Source: Trueperaceae bacterium
Lineage (GTDB): Bacteria > Deinococcota > Deinococci > Deinococcales > Trueperaceae
Reading direction: 5' to 3'
Assembly: GCA_034520945.1 (NCBI GenBank)
Contig: JAXHNB010000001.1
Location: 32,001 to 96,000, forward strand
DNA length: 64,000 bases
The notes beneath the pieces were generated by a model, which ran no database searches, was not told the DNA's origin, and saw only the letters and a list, made by a program, of their open reading frames with translations. Numbering within the stretch: position 1 is the first letter of the stretch; each line of letters opens with the position of its first letter. Positions 55,245 through 64,000 of this stretch are shown here, one piece after another. The translations under genes and the position numbers were made by a program.

Positions 55245-55520
55245 CCGCTCAGTCTAGCAACGGCCGTTTCGGGCTGGACACGGCCTCGCGTCGGGGGTGC
55301 AGGCGGGACCCGAGACGGGGCATCTGACCGGCTGGGGCCGGGGGGGCGATGCGCGACGCGCGCGGACGGAGCGGGCCGCGCGGCGGGGTGCGGCCTGCGC
55401 CCGAGGTGCCGTCCACGACGGGCCTGCGGACCGATGCGCCGAAGGGGGTCGCGGACCTATCCTCATCTCACGCCGCCAAGGGCAACGTCCCGGCGGTAGG
55501 GAGATAGGGGAGGTACAGAC

Positions 55521-56036
55521 ATGACGCACATTCGTACGCTGGTTCTGTCGCTGGTCGCCTTCACGCTGGTGCTCGGCACCGCCGTGGCGGCCGGGGTCGC
55601 CTTCGATGCGCGGAGCTTCGACGCCTACTTGGAGGACAACGACGAGGGCTACGTCGACATCGTCAAGGTCGGCGACGTGCTGACGGTCATCTTCGACGAG
55701 GAGATGGGCAGTCTGCCCGCCACTATGGAGGGCGCGACCCTGCCGGTGGACGAGGACTTCGACGAGTTCCGCCTTCTGAGGGACACGGCGTTGGCGCTGT
55801 ACGGCGGGCTGCCGGTCGAGACCTCGACGACGACCGTTCTGGTCGAAGTCGATGGCGATGCGGACGTCATCCACGATGCGCTTCTGGCCCGCCTGAACAC
55901 GCTGGGCGTGACGGTCGAGCCCGAGCATCTCGCGGGTCCGATCCGCAGCTACGATCTGAGCGACGGTGACGCCTCCTGGCGGCTGGCGTTCACCGATACC
56001 GCGGACGGCGGCGTGATTCACCTGCAGGCCTTCTGA
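55521..56036 (+). CDS. Hypothetical secreted acidic protein
   Basis: Signal peptide; GGGGAGG RBS; followed by a hairpin. Confidence 0.8.
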   Translation: MTHIRTLVLSLVAFTLVLGTAVAAGVAFDARSFDAYLEDNDEGYVDIVKVGDVLTVIFDEEMGSLPATMEGATLPVDEDFDEFRLLRDTALALYGGLPVETSTTTVLVEVDGDADVIHDALLARLNTLGVTVEPEHLAGPIRSYDLSDGDASWRLAFTDTADGGVIHLQAF

Positions 56037-56062
56037 GCCCGACACCGACGCCATGCACGACC

Positions 56063-56089
56063 CGAAGGGCCCCGCGCAGGGGCCCTTCG
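56063..56089 (+). terminator. Hairpin after secreted protein gene
   Basis: 11-bp stem CGAAGGGCCCC / GGGGCCCTTCG. Confidence 0.65.
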
Positions 56090-56191
56090 CGCGTCGGGCT
56101 ACTGCTGCGCCCGGCCCGCGTGCGCCGGCGCCGTGCGACCGGTTCCAACGTGCGACCCGCGAAGCGTGGCCGGCCGGGCTATCATGCCGCC

Positions 56192-56893
56192 ATGTTCGAG
56201 ATCATTCCCGCCGTGGACGTGCAGGACGGCCGAGCGGTCCGCCTGTTCGAGGGCGACCCCGACCGGGAGACGGTGTACTTCGAGACACCGCTGGAGGCGG
56301 CGCGTCACTGGGCGGAGCTCGGGGCGCGCACGCTGCACCTGGTGGACCTGGACGCCGCGCTGGGACGGGGCGACAATCGCGCCGCCATCGAGCGCATCGC
56401 GCGGGAGCTTCCCCTCCGCACCGAGGTCGGCGGGGGGGTGCGCAGCGAGGAGGCGGCCCGGGGTTGGCTCGAGGTGGTGGACCGGGTCGTGCTCGGCACC
56501 GTGGCGGTGGAGCGCCCCGACGTCGTCGACGCGCTGTTGCTGGCGTTCGGCCCGTCGCGGGTGGTGGTGTCGGTGGACGCGAAGGACGGCCGGGTGGCGG
56601 TCCGGGGCTGGCGCGAGGTGACCGAGCTCTCCGCCGTCGAGCTGGCGGAGCGCGTGGCACGCCAAGGGGTCCGCGAGTTGATCTACACCGACGTGGGACG
56701 GGACGGCACCATGCGGGGCGTCGACGCCGAACCGGTCGCGCGCCTGCGAGACGCCTTCCCGCACCGCCTGGTCGCGGGCGGCGGCGTGGCCCGGGACGAG
56801 GACCTGGACACCTACGAGCGCTTGGGCCTGGACGGCGCGATCGTCGGTCGGGCCTTGTACGAGGGAACGGTCCGCTATCCCCGAACTGCCTGA
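56192..56893 (+). CDS. hisA: ProFAR isomerase
   Basis: IIPAVD, LHLVDLD, VGGGVR, YTDVGRDGT, GAIVGRALY. Confidence 0.95.
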   Translation: MFEIIPAVDVQDGRAVRLFEGDPDRETVYFETPLEAARHWAELGARTLHLVDLDAALGRGDNRAAIERIARELPLRTEVGGGVRSEEAARGWLEVVDRVVLGTVAVERPDVVDALLLAFGPSRVVVSVDAKDGRVAVRGWREVTELSAVELAERVARQGVRELIYTDVGRDGTMRGVDAEPVARLRDAFPHRLVAGGGVARDEDLDTYERLGLDGAIVGRALYEGTVRYPRTA

Positions 56894-57749
56894 GGTCGAG
56901 ACCGTCCGGCGCGAACTGGCGCCGTGGTTGCGCGGACGGACCATCGTGCAGGCGGAACGGGTCGGCGCCCCGCCGGGCCCCAAGTACGCCCACCTGGAGG
57001 AGGCCGCGGGCCAGCGGATTCGGGGCGTGCGTAGGCGCGGAAAGTTTCTGCTGCTTCCGCTGCAGGGCGGCGCACGGCCGGGCGACGTGTTGGTGATCCA
57101 CCTCGGCATGACCGGCCGCCTGAGCGCCCGCGCGCCCGAAGGGTACGAGCGCGCGCGCCTCACGTTCCAGGAGGGGCCCGACCCGGTGCTGCACTTCCAG
57201 GACGTGCGGCGGTTCGGGCGTTTCCTGCTCTTGCCCGGCGGGGACCCCGCGGGATTGCCCACCCTGGCGGCGATGGGCCCGGAGCCGATGTCGCGCGCCT
57301 TCGACGCGGCCGCGTTCGCCCGGTCCCTGCAGCGCAGCCGAACGGCGGTCAAGACCTACCTGTTGAGCCAACGGCCGGTCGCGGGGGTCGGGAACATCTA
57401 CGCCGACGAGGCGTTGTGGCGGGCCGGCATCCATCCGGCCACGCCGGCGCGGTGCGTGAGCGGCGCACAGGCGGCGGCGCTCCGCGAGGCGATCCGCGCC
57501 GTGCTGAGAAACGCGATCCGTGCGCAGGGCACCACCCTGAACGACTACCGCACGGTGAACGGCGCGCTCGGCGCGTACGCGGCGGCGCTGAGCGCGTACG
57601 GCCACGCCGGCGACGCCTGTCCGCGCTGCGGCGGCACCATGGAACGCATGGTGCTGGGCGGTCGGGGCACCCACCTGTGCCCGCGCTGCCAGCCTGCATC
57701 CGCGGGGCCCGCCACGCCTCTTGGCCCGAGCGGTAGGCTCACGCCATGA
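56877..57749 (+). CDS. mutM: Formamidopyrimidine-DNA glycosylase (Fpg), with ATC at the start position
   Basis: PELPEVETV, RRGKFL, HLGMTG, DVRRFG, GVGNIYADE, CPRC...CPRCQ zinc finger. Confidence 0.92.
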   Translation: MPELPEVETVRRELAPWLRGRTIVQAERVGAPPGPKYAHLEEAAGQRIRGVRRRGKFLLLPLQGGARPGDVLVIHLGMTGRLSARAPEGYERARLTFQEGPDPVLHFQDVRRFGRFLLLPGGDPAGLPTLAAMGPEPMSRAFDAAAFARSLQRSRTAVKTYLLSQRPVAGVGNIYADEALWRAGIHPATPARCVSGAQAAALREAIRAVLRNAIRAQGTTLNDYRTVNGALGAYAAALSAYGHAGDACPRCGGTMERMVLGGRGTHLCPRCQPASAGPATPLGPSGRLTP

Positions 57750-58192
57750 CCGCCCGTGACGACCCTGGCGGCGCGGACGGCCGCGGCCCCACGGGGCGTA
57801 CGCACCGTACGCCGATCCAGCTGCGCTTTCGAGACACCGACATGTTCGGTCACGTCAACAACGCCGTGTACGCCACCTGGGCCGAGATCGCCCGTATCTC
57901 CTTTCTGCGGAACCTCGATCCGCCCTCGGGCGACCTGATCCTGGCGCGGATCGAGCTGGATTTCTTGGCGCAGATCTCGTTCGGGCAGCAGATCGAGGTG
58001 CATTCGAAGGTGGTGCGCGTCGGCCGCACCAGCGTCACGCTGGATCAGACGGTCCTGGCGGACGAGGCCGAGGCCGCACGGATCGGCAGCGTGGTGGTGT
58101 TGTACGACTACGCGCACATGCGGGCGCGCCCGGTGACGGATGCCTACCGCGCCGCGCTACGGCCGTACCTGATCGATCCCACGGGGGGCTAA
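57746..58192 (+). CDS. Acyl-CoA thioesterase (hotdog, 4HBT family)
   Basis: RFRDTDMFGHVNNAVY. Confidence 0.92.
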   Translation: MTARDDPGGADGRGPTGRTHRTPIQLRFRDTDMFGHVNNAVYATWAEIARISFLRNLDPPSGDLILARIELDFLAQISFGQQIEVHSKVVRVGRTSVTLDQTVLADEAEAARIGSVVVLYDYAHMRARPVTDAYRAALRPYLIDPTGG

Positions 58193-58525
58193 CGCCCACG
58201 CCACACCGGCCATTGCCGGGGCTGCGCCGGACGGAGGCGTAGCGGGGTAGGGCGCGGCCGGTCCGCCCTCGGGCGCCGTGCCGGACCCACGCGGCTCGCG
58301 TCCCGTCGGTGCGAATGCGTGCGGCGACGGCTTCCTATCCTACGAGGGCGCCGGACATCCGGCGCCGACCCATCCCGCCGGGCGGCGTGCACGTCCTCCC
58401 CGCGCGTGTGCCGCCGCCCGGTCCCCGCCCCGCCCGCCGAGCCGGCCGACTGCCCGATGCGCCGGCTCGGACGGTCGGGCGCTCGCTGGGGCCGCCCCGC
58501 CGCTATGGGGCGGAAATGCCGGCGT

Positions 58526-59788
58526 CTACGCCGCAGAGGGTTCGGCCTCGCCCAGGCGTTCCACGTCGAAGCCGCGCTGAAGCTGCGGGTGCATGCCCGG
58601 CCATCCCTCGGGGTGGTGCCGCATCCAGCGGCCGTCGGGCTGCCCGGGACCGGCGCCGAGGAAGGCCACCGTGAAGTGCCGCACCAGGTCGCCGACCCGC
58701 CGCGGGTCCCACACGCCGTCGGCGTACCGCAGGTAGGCGTGCGGCCGCGCGGCCCGGTACGCGGCGGACGGCGGCGGGTCGGGCGCCACCACGTGCCCCG
58801 CGCCGGCCAGGGTGAGCAACCATCGTTCCGTCCCGCGCAGCCCCTCGTGAATCCGGCGCACCCCGTCTCGGTAGCCGCTCACCGTGTCCCGGTCTCCGCA
58901 GGCGCACAGGACCGGCACGCGCACATCGTCGAGGCTGGACCGTGCGATCGCCGCCCGGCCGCCCCATGGCGCCAGCGCCACCACCGCCCCGATCCGGGCC
59001 GCGAAGGCGTCCAACGCCGCGCCGTGCCGCCCCTCCTGCACCGGCCGCAGCGTCTCGCTCCAGGTGGGCGGCACGTTCTCCTCGCGCGCCAACGCCTCGG
59101 CGTCCAGCCGCGCACCGGCCGCCAGCAGCGCACCGTAGCCGCCCATCGAGTAGCCGATCAGCGCCCGCGGGCCGTCGTCGACGGCGGCGAAGAGGGCGGG
59201 ATCGGCCTCCGCGAGGCCGTCCTCCAGCCAGCCCAGCAGGAACAGCAGGTCGCGCGGCCGGTGCAACAGCGAATCCACCACAGCCGCCGCGTCGGTGTGC
59301 GTGCTGCGCTCGTGGTCCGCCGCCAGCACGATCCAGCCACGGCTGGCCAACGGCTCCGCCAGGTGCGTCATCATCGTCCGCGAGCCCGGATGCCCATGCG
59401 CCAGCAGCACCACGGGGTGGGTCCCCTCCGCCACCGCCGCGTCGCGGACGCCGCGCCCCCGGAAGGCGAACGGGACCGGGGCCTCGCCCTCCAGCGCGGG
59501 CAGCGCGTCGTGATGCAGGCAGGTTCCACGCGCCGGGCTGGGGTACCACGCCTCGAGCACCAACACGCGGTCGCGGCGTCCGCCCTGGACCGGGTCGGGC
59601 TGGTCCCGGTGTCGCGCGCGCAGGGTCCGCACGCCGACGCCGTGCATGCCGCGATACGCCAGGTCGGGGGCGCCCGGCAGCGGATCGCCGGGCAGCAGCG
59701 CCAAGGGCGCGTCCACCGCCGCGGCCGGGTCACCGGCGTGCGACGGCTCCCACCGGAGCGCCCCCTCCTCGTTCGGATCGGTGCTCAT
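58526..59788 (-). CDS. Alpha/beta hydrolase (dienelactone hydrolase-like)
   Basis: HGHPGSR, LASRG, GYSMGGYG nucleophile elbow, GDRD, GAGH. Confidence 0.88.
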   Translation of the reverse strand: MSTDPNEEGALRWEPSHAGDPAAAVDAPLALLPGDPLPGAPDLAYRGMHGVGVRTLRARHRDQPDPVQGGRRDRVLVLEAWYPSPARGTCLHHDALPALEGEAPVPFAFRGRGVRDAAVAEGTHPVVLLAHGHPGSRTMMTHLAEPLASRGWIVLAADHERSTHTDAAAVVDSLLHRPRDLLFLLGWLEDGLAEADPALFAAVDDGPRALIGYSMGGYGALLAAGARLDAEALAREENVPPTWSETLRPVQEGRHGAALDAFAARIGAVVALAPWGGRAAIARSSLDDVRVPVLCACGDRDTVSGYRDGVRRIHEGLRGTERWLLTLAGAGHVVAPDPPPSAAYRAARPHAYLRYADGVWDPRRVGDLVRHFTVAFLGAGPGQPDGRWMRHHPEGWPGMHPQLQRGFDVERLGEAEPSAA

Positions 59789-59811
59789 GCGGTTCACGCT
59801 ACCCTTCCGGT

Positions 59812-60030
59812 ATGGACGGTACCGAACTGTGGGTTCGACGGCCCGGCTCGCCCGAGGCCCTGCGCCTGTTCGTCGGGCGGATGGAGGGGCACGAAGGCCC
59901 CGTGCTCGCGCTGATCACCGAGTCGGGCCCGAAGCTGCTGGCGGTGGTGCTGGACGACGATGCCGAGATCGCCCTGTCGGAGCTTCTGGCCGAGCTCCCC
60001 GGCTCCGCGTTGGAGGTGCGTAGCGCCTAG
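59812..60030 (+). CDS. Small hypothetical protein (72 aa)
   Basis: TACCCT-N6-ATG leaderless start; ordinary globular composition. Confidence 0.6.
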   Translation: MDGTELWVRRPGSPEALRLFVGRMEGHEGPVLALITESGPKLLAVVLDDDAEIALSELLAELPGSALEVRSA

Positions 60031-60144
60031 CGACGATGGGTCGCGCCGGCACGCCCCCGCGTCCCGGCGCGGCGGCGTGCCGGTATGCTGCCCCGGAACA
60101 CGCCCCCGACACCGCAACGAGACCGCGACGAAAAGGAGACCCCC

Positions 60145-60933
60145 ATGGACCTCGGACTGAAGGACAAGCGTGCCCTGGTACTGGCCGCCAGCAGCGGCCT
60201 GGGCCGCGCGACGGCCACCGAACTCGCCCGCGAGGGCGCCCGCGTGGCGCTGTGCAGCCGCGACGCCGGCCGCGCCGCCGACGCCGCCCGCGACATCGCG
60301 GCGGAGACGGGCGCCGAGGTGCACGGCTTCGCCTGCGACGTGGCCGACGCCGCGTCGTTGGCCACGCTGTTCGAAGAGGCGACCGGCGCCCTGGGCGGAC
60401 TGGACGTGCTGGTGACGAACGCAGGTGGGCCACCCGTCGGCAACTTCGAGGGCGCGGACGAGGCGGCGTGGGACCGTACCTATCAGTTGACGCTGCAGAG
60501 CGTGGTGCGCGCGGTCCGCCACGCCGTTCCGCACTTCCGGCAGGCGGGCGGCGGCGCGATCCTCGCGCTGGCCAGCAGCAGCGTGGTGCAGCCCATCCCG
60601 AACCTGCTGATGTCGAACGTGTTCCGCCCCGCCGTGCGGGCGTTGTGCAAGCACCTGTCCGAAGAGCTGGCCGGCGACGGCATTCGCGTCAACGTCCTGT
60701 CGCCGGGCCGGGTGCATACGGAACGGACCGAGCAGCTGGACGCGAACCGCGCCGAGCGGAGCGGCCGGACGGTCGAGGAGGTGCGCGCCGACACGATCGC
60801 CCGGATTCCCCTGGGCCGGCTGGGCCGCCCCGAGGAGTTCGGCCGCGTCGCGGCGTTCCTGGTCTCGGACGCCGCCTCCTACCTGAACGGCATCCACGTG
60901 CTGGCGGACGGCGGGATGGTGCGGGCGCTCTAG
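60145..60933 (+). CDS. SDR-family oxidoreductase
   Basis: AASSGLG, TNAGGPP, IPLGRLG, DGG; AAGGAG RBS. Confidence 0.92.
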   Translation: MDLGLKDKRALVLAASSGLGRATATELAREGARVALCSRDAGRAADAARDIAAETGAEVHGFACDVADAASLATLFEEATGALGGLDVLVTNAGGPPVGNFEGADEAAWDRTYQLTLQSVVRAVRHAVPHFRQAGGGAILALASSSVVQPIPNLLMSNVFRPAVRALCKHLSEELAGDGIRVNVLSPGRVHTERTEQLDANRAERSGRTVEEVRADTIARIPLGRLGRPEEFGRVAAFLVSDAASYLNGIHVLADGGMVRAL

Positions 60934-61847
60934 GCGCCCATCGCCTCCCGCACGGCCTGCCGGGTGGGCATCGGGGCGACCGCGCCGTGGCCCAGGGTGG
61001 ACAGCGCCGCGGCGACGACCCCCCAGCGGGTGGCGTCGAAGGCGTCGGCGCCGCGCAGGATCTCGGCCAGGAAGGCGCCGTCGAAGGTGTCGCCCGCCGC
61101 CGTCGCGTCCACCGGCGTGACGGGGTGGCCGGGCACGCGCTCGCGGCGCGAAGGGGTGGCCACCAGGGCCCCCTCGGCGCCCAACTTCAGCACCACCGTC
61201 CCGGCGCCCAGCGCCAGCAACGCGTCCGCGGCGGCGTCCGGATCGTCGACGCCCAGCACCTGATACGCATCGTCGGCGCTGGGGAGGCAGTGGTCGACCC
61301 TGGGAATGGTGGCCCGGATGATGGCGCGGGCGCGCGGCAAGGGCCACAACTTGAGGCGCAGGTTCAGGTCGTAGGCGACCTGCGTGCCGTGCTGGCGGGC
61401 GTGGTCGATGGCGGCGAAGGTGGCGTCGCAGCTGCCCGTCGAGATCGCCTGCGTGATGCCGGACAGGTGCAGGATCCGCGCGCCTGCGAGGGCATCGTAG
61501 GGGAGGAGGTCTGGACGCATCCGCGTCGCGGCCGAGGTGCTGCGGAGGTAGGTGAAGTGATGGCCGGCCTCGTCGTAGTCGATGAAGTAGGCGCCGGTCG
61601 GGGCGTGCGCGTCGCGCTGGACCAGGGCGGTGTCGATGCCCTCGCGCCGCCACAGGGCCTCGAAGGCGCCTGCGAAGCCGTCCTCGCCGACGCGCGCCAG
61701 CATGCCCACGGAGGCCTCCTGGCGGGCGGCGGCGACCGCCACGTTGGAGGTGTCCCCGCCGAAGCCCTGCAGGAACAGGGGGCGGTCCGGGTCCTCGAGG
61801 CGCGCGAACTCGACCATCGGTTCGCCGAAGGCGATCAGGTCGCGCAT
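60930..61847 (-). CDS. PfkB-family sugar kinase, KdgK-like
   Basis: FGEPMVE, GGDTSNVA, YDLNLRLKLW, DATAAGDTFDG. Confidence 0.9.
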   Translation of the reverse strand: MRDLIAFGEPMVEFARLEDPDRPLFLQGFGGDTSNVAVAAARQEASVGMLARVGEDGFAGAFEALWRREGIDTALVQRDAHAPTGAYFIDYDEAGHHFTYLRSTSAATRMRPDLLPYDALAGARILHLSGITQAISTGSCDATFAAIDHARQHGTQVAYDLNLRLKLWPLPRARAIIRATIPRVDHCLPSADDAYQVLGVDDPDAAADALLALGAGTVVLKLGAEGALVATPSRRERVPGHPVTPVDATAAGDTFDGAFLAEILRGADAFDATRWGVVAAALSTLGHGAVAPMPTRQAVREAMGA

Positions 61848-62501
61848 CTAGATGCGGTCGTACTTCGCGAGCCCCTCGCGCAGGGAGCCCGTCTCGAGGA
61901 TGAAGCGCGTCTGCTCGGCCTCTTTCCGCTCGATGTCCTCGGCCATCTCCAGAACGCCGTCGACGTGGGCCTGAGGTACCACCACGACGCCGTCGCGGTC
62001 GGCGACGATCAGGTCGCTGGGGTGGACGGTGACGCCGCCGCAGTCGACCGGCACGTCCTTGTCCAGCGTCCGGTAGCGGCCCACGGTGGTGCCGGGGGAC
62101 ACGGTGCGGGCGTACACGGTGAAGTCGAAGTCCCGTTCGATTTCGCTCACGTCCCGTACCCCGGCGTCGAGGACGGCGCCCGCCAGGCGGTTGGCGACGG
62201 CGCCGGCGGTCATCAGGCCGCCCCACACCGCGACGTCGCGTTCGCCGCCCACGCCGATGACCAGCACCGTGCCGGCGTCGGACTCGTCGATCATGTCGAG
62301 GGCGTGCTTGGGAGGCTGCGGCTCCTCGGTGGGGCCCTCCAGCACGGTGGCGGCCGGACCGACGATCTTGTGCGAGCCGGCCCGCGGCTTGATCTCGTAC
62401 TGCATGTAGCCCCGTTGGCCGGCGACCTTATCGACGGCGTCGGCGACGGAGGCGGTGGCGAGTTTGCGGAAGCGTTCGATGATGGTGGAATCGTAGCTCA
62501 T
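61848..62501 (-). CDS. RraA/HMG-aldolase family protein
   Basis: VADAVD, AVWGGLM, GVRD, ADRDGVVVVP. Confidence 0.9.
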   Translation of the reverse strand: MSYDSTIIERFRKLATASVADAVDKVAGQRGYMQYEIKPRAGSHKIVGPAATVLEGPTEEPQPPKHALDMIDESDAGTVLVIGVGGERDVAVWGGLMTAGAVANRLAGAVLDAGVRDVSEIERDFDFTVYARTVSPGTTVGRYRTLDKDVPVDCGGVTVHPSDLIVADRDGVVVVPQAHVDGVLEMAEDIERKEAEQTRFILETGSLREGLAKYDRI

Positions 62502-63142
62502 AGGGTCTCCTCGGAATGCGATTCGGGGCGGGGGTGGGCCGCGTCGAGGTAGCGACGGGCGGAGGCTTCGATGGCGGCTCGGTCGGTGCCCTTGCTCAGC
62601 GCGCTCCCGACGCCGACGCTGTGGGCGCCCGCGCCCAAGTGGGCCCGGAGATTGTCCAGGTTCACGCCGCCGGTAGGGATCAGCGGTAGCTCCGGAAACA
62701 CCGCGCCGACCGACTTGACGTGCGCGGGTCCGCCGACGCTGTCGGCGGGGAAAATCTTGATGGCGTCGGCGCCCAGGCCGCGGGCGGTCAGGATCTCGGT
62801 CGGGGTGAGGCCCCCGAGAATGGCGGCCGCCCCACCCTCGTGCGCGGCGGCGGCGACCTCGCCGCAGCCGGCCGGGCTGACGACGAACCGCGCCCCGGCC
62901 TCGGTGGCCCTACGCGCGTCGTGGGCGGTCAGGACCGTGCCGACGCCGACCGTCACCGCCGGGTCGGTGGTGAGGTCGCGGGCGAGATCGGTGGCCCCGG
63001 GCACGGTCATGGTGATCTCGAACACGCGGAACCCGGCGCCGTGCAGCGCCTCGATCACGAGCTCCGCTCGGCGCACGTCGGCCTCGCGGATGACGGGGAT
63101 GATCACGTGCTGGCGCAGGACGTCCAGCACCTCAGCGGCCAT
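62498..63142 (-). CDS. eda: KDPG/KHG aldolase
   Basis: IIPVIR, FEIT, GVGTVL, TPTE, KIFPA, PTGGV. Confidence 0.9.
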   Translation of the reverse strand: MAAEVLDVLRQHVIIPVIREADVRRAELVIEALHGAGFRVFEITMTVPGATDLARDLTTDPAVTVGVGTVLTAHDARRATEAGARFVVSPAGCGEVAAAAHEGGAAAILGGLTPTEILTARGLGADAIKIFPADSVGGPAHVKSVGAVFPELPLIPTGGVNLDNLRAHLGAGAHSVGVGSALSKGTDRAAIEASARRYLDAAHPRPESHSEETL

Positions 63143-63300
63143 AGAAGCGTCCTTTCCCGCCGCCCTCCTTGGGCCGGGCGTGGGGCGTGCCCGGCCCAAG
63201 GAGGGCCGAGCACGCCGGGGGGATGGTGGGGCGGCTCACGGTGTTCGCGGCGCGCGGGCCCGGGTGCCGCCGTCGGCGACGCGGCCCGCGGCCGTCCCCT

Positions 63301-64000
63301 TTAGTTCTGGGCGGCCTCGACGGCCTCGAACAGGCTGTCGACCCATTCGTCGCCCACCGCGTCGCGCAGGTACTCCTCGACGGCTGGCTGGGCGATTTCG
63401 CGGAAGGCCGCGATCTCGTCCGGGCTGAGGACGGTGACCTCCATGCCCACCTCGGTGAGGATGCTCTCCGCGTTCATGTCCTGCGCCGTGGTCATGCCGC
63501 GGTGGATGCCTTCAGCGATGTCGGCGCCGGTCTGGACGATGCGCTGCTGCTCCTCGTCGAGCTGATCCCAGAACGCGCCGCTCATCAGGTACAGGTGCAC
63601 GCTGTACACGTGCCCGTCGAGGGTGATGTAGCGCTGGTTCTGGTACAGGTCGGCGGCGAGAATGTTGGTCACGCCGTTCTCCTGGCCGTCGACGACGCCT
63701 TGCTGCAGGGCGCTCGGCAGCTCGGGCCAGGAGATCGCGCTGGGGCTGGCGCCGAGCGACTCGACCAGGTTCTGGTAGATGGGGCTGGGCTGCACGCGGA
63801 TCTTGAGGCCGTCCATGTCCTCGGGCGTCACGACCTCGCGCACGTCGTTGGTGAAGTGGCGGATGCCGTTGTCGCCGACACCGAGAAGCTGCATGTCGGA
63901 CTCCGCGCGCATCGCCTCGCCGAACTCTTCCATGAAGGGCCCGTCGAACACCTCCCAGGCGACGGCCTGGTTGGGGAACAGATACGGCATCTGCAGCACC
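63301..64000 (-). CDS. TRAP transporter substrate-binding protein, DctP family (5' end off window)
   Basis: GIRHFT, GLKIRVQ, ALQQGVVDGQEN. Confidence 0.93.
   Translation of the reverse strand, partial: VLQMPYLFPNQAVAWEVFDGPFMEEFGEAMRAESDMQLLGVGDNGIRHFTNDVREVVTPEDMDGLKIRVQPSPIYQNLVESLGASPSAISWPELPSALQQGVVDGQENGVTNILAADLYQNQRYITLDGHVYSVHLYLMSGAFWDQLDEEQQRIVQTGADIAEGIHRGMTTAQDMNAESILTEVGMEVTVLSPDEIAAFREIAQPAVEEYLRDAVGDEWVDSLFEAVEAAQN

Noticed and set aside
58189..58525. Arg-rich 67-aa ORF (58189-58392) and GC hairpins in the gap
   Set aside because: SD spacing is too short, the composition is low-complexity, and no RNA family is recognisable

Overview
Very GC-rich bacterial chromosome segment spanning the replication origin. 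The two-OB-fold SSB, the parB-parA-rsmG-mnmG <> dnaA-oriC-dnaN-eno-pyk gene order and the pervasive leaderless promoters point to Deinococcota, probably Truepera-like (inference). Mostly housekeeping content: mdh, parAB with two parS sites, oriC, rpsF-ssb-rpsR-rplI, a haem operon (hemA-C-D-B-HK-RR-E-F-H, with hemY separate), a proline/betaine locus, azlCD, murJ, a fab cluster, hisA-mutM, and a TRAP/eda/RraA/kdgK sugar-acid locus. Best candidate for an undescribed system: a five-gene cassette (15626-19730) between hemH and hemY. It encodes a stand-alone exported C39 peptidase, an Lnt paralogue, a lipoprotein, a secreted acidic protein with a double-glycine-like pro-segment, and a second secreted protein. 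Other notable items: an animal/mitochondrial-type [2Fe-2S] ferrochelatase; a two-component system inside the haem operon with an OmpR-type box at the hemA promoter; a BCCT transporter paired with an orphan ABC-type binding protein; mutM with ATC at its obligatory start position; a +1 frameshift in eno; and a structured ~190-nt leader upstream of a YrhK-like gene. All calls come from reading motifs by eye; no database searches were run. No rRNA, tRNA, CRISPR array or transposase was seen.
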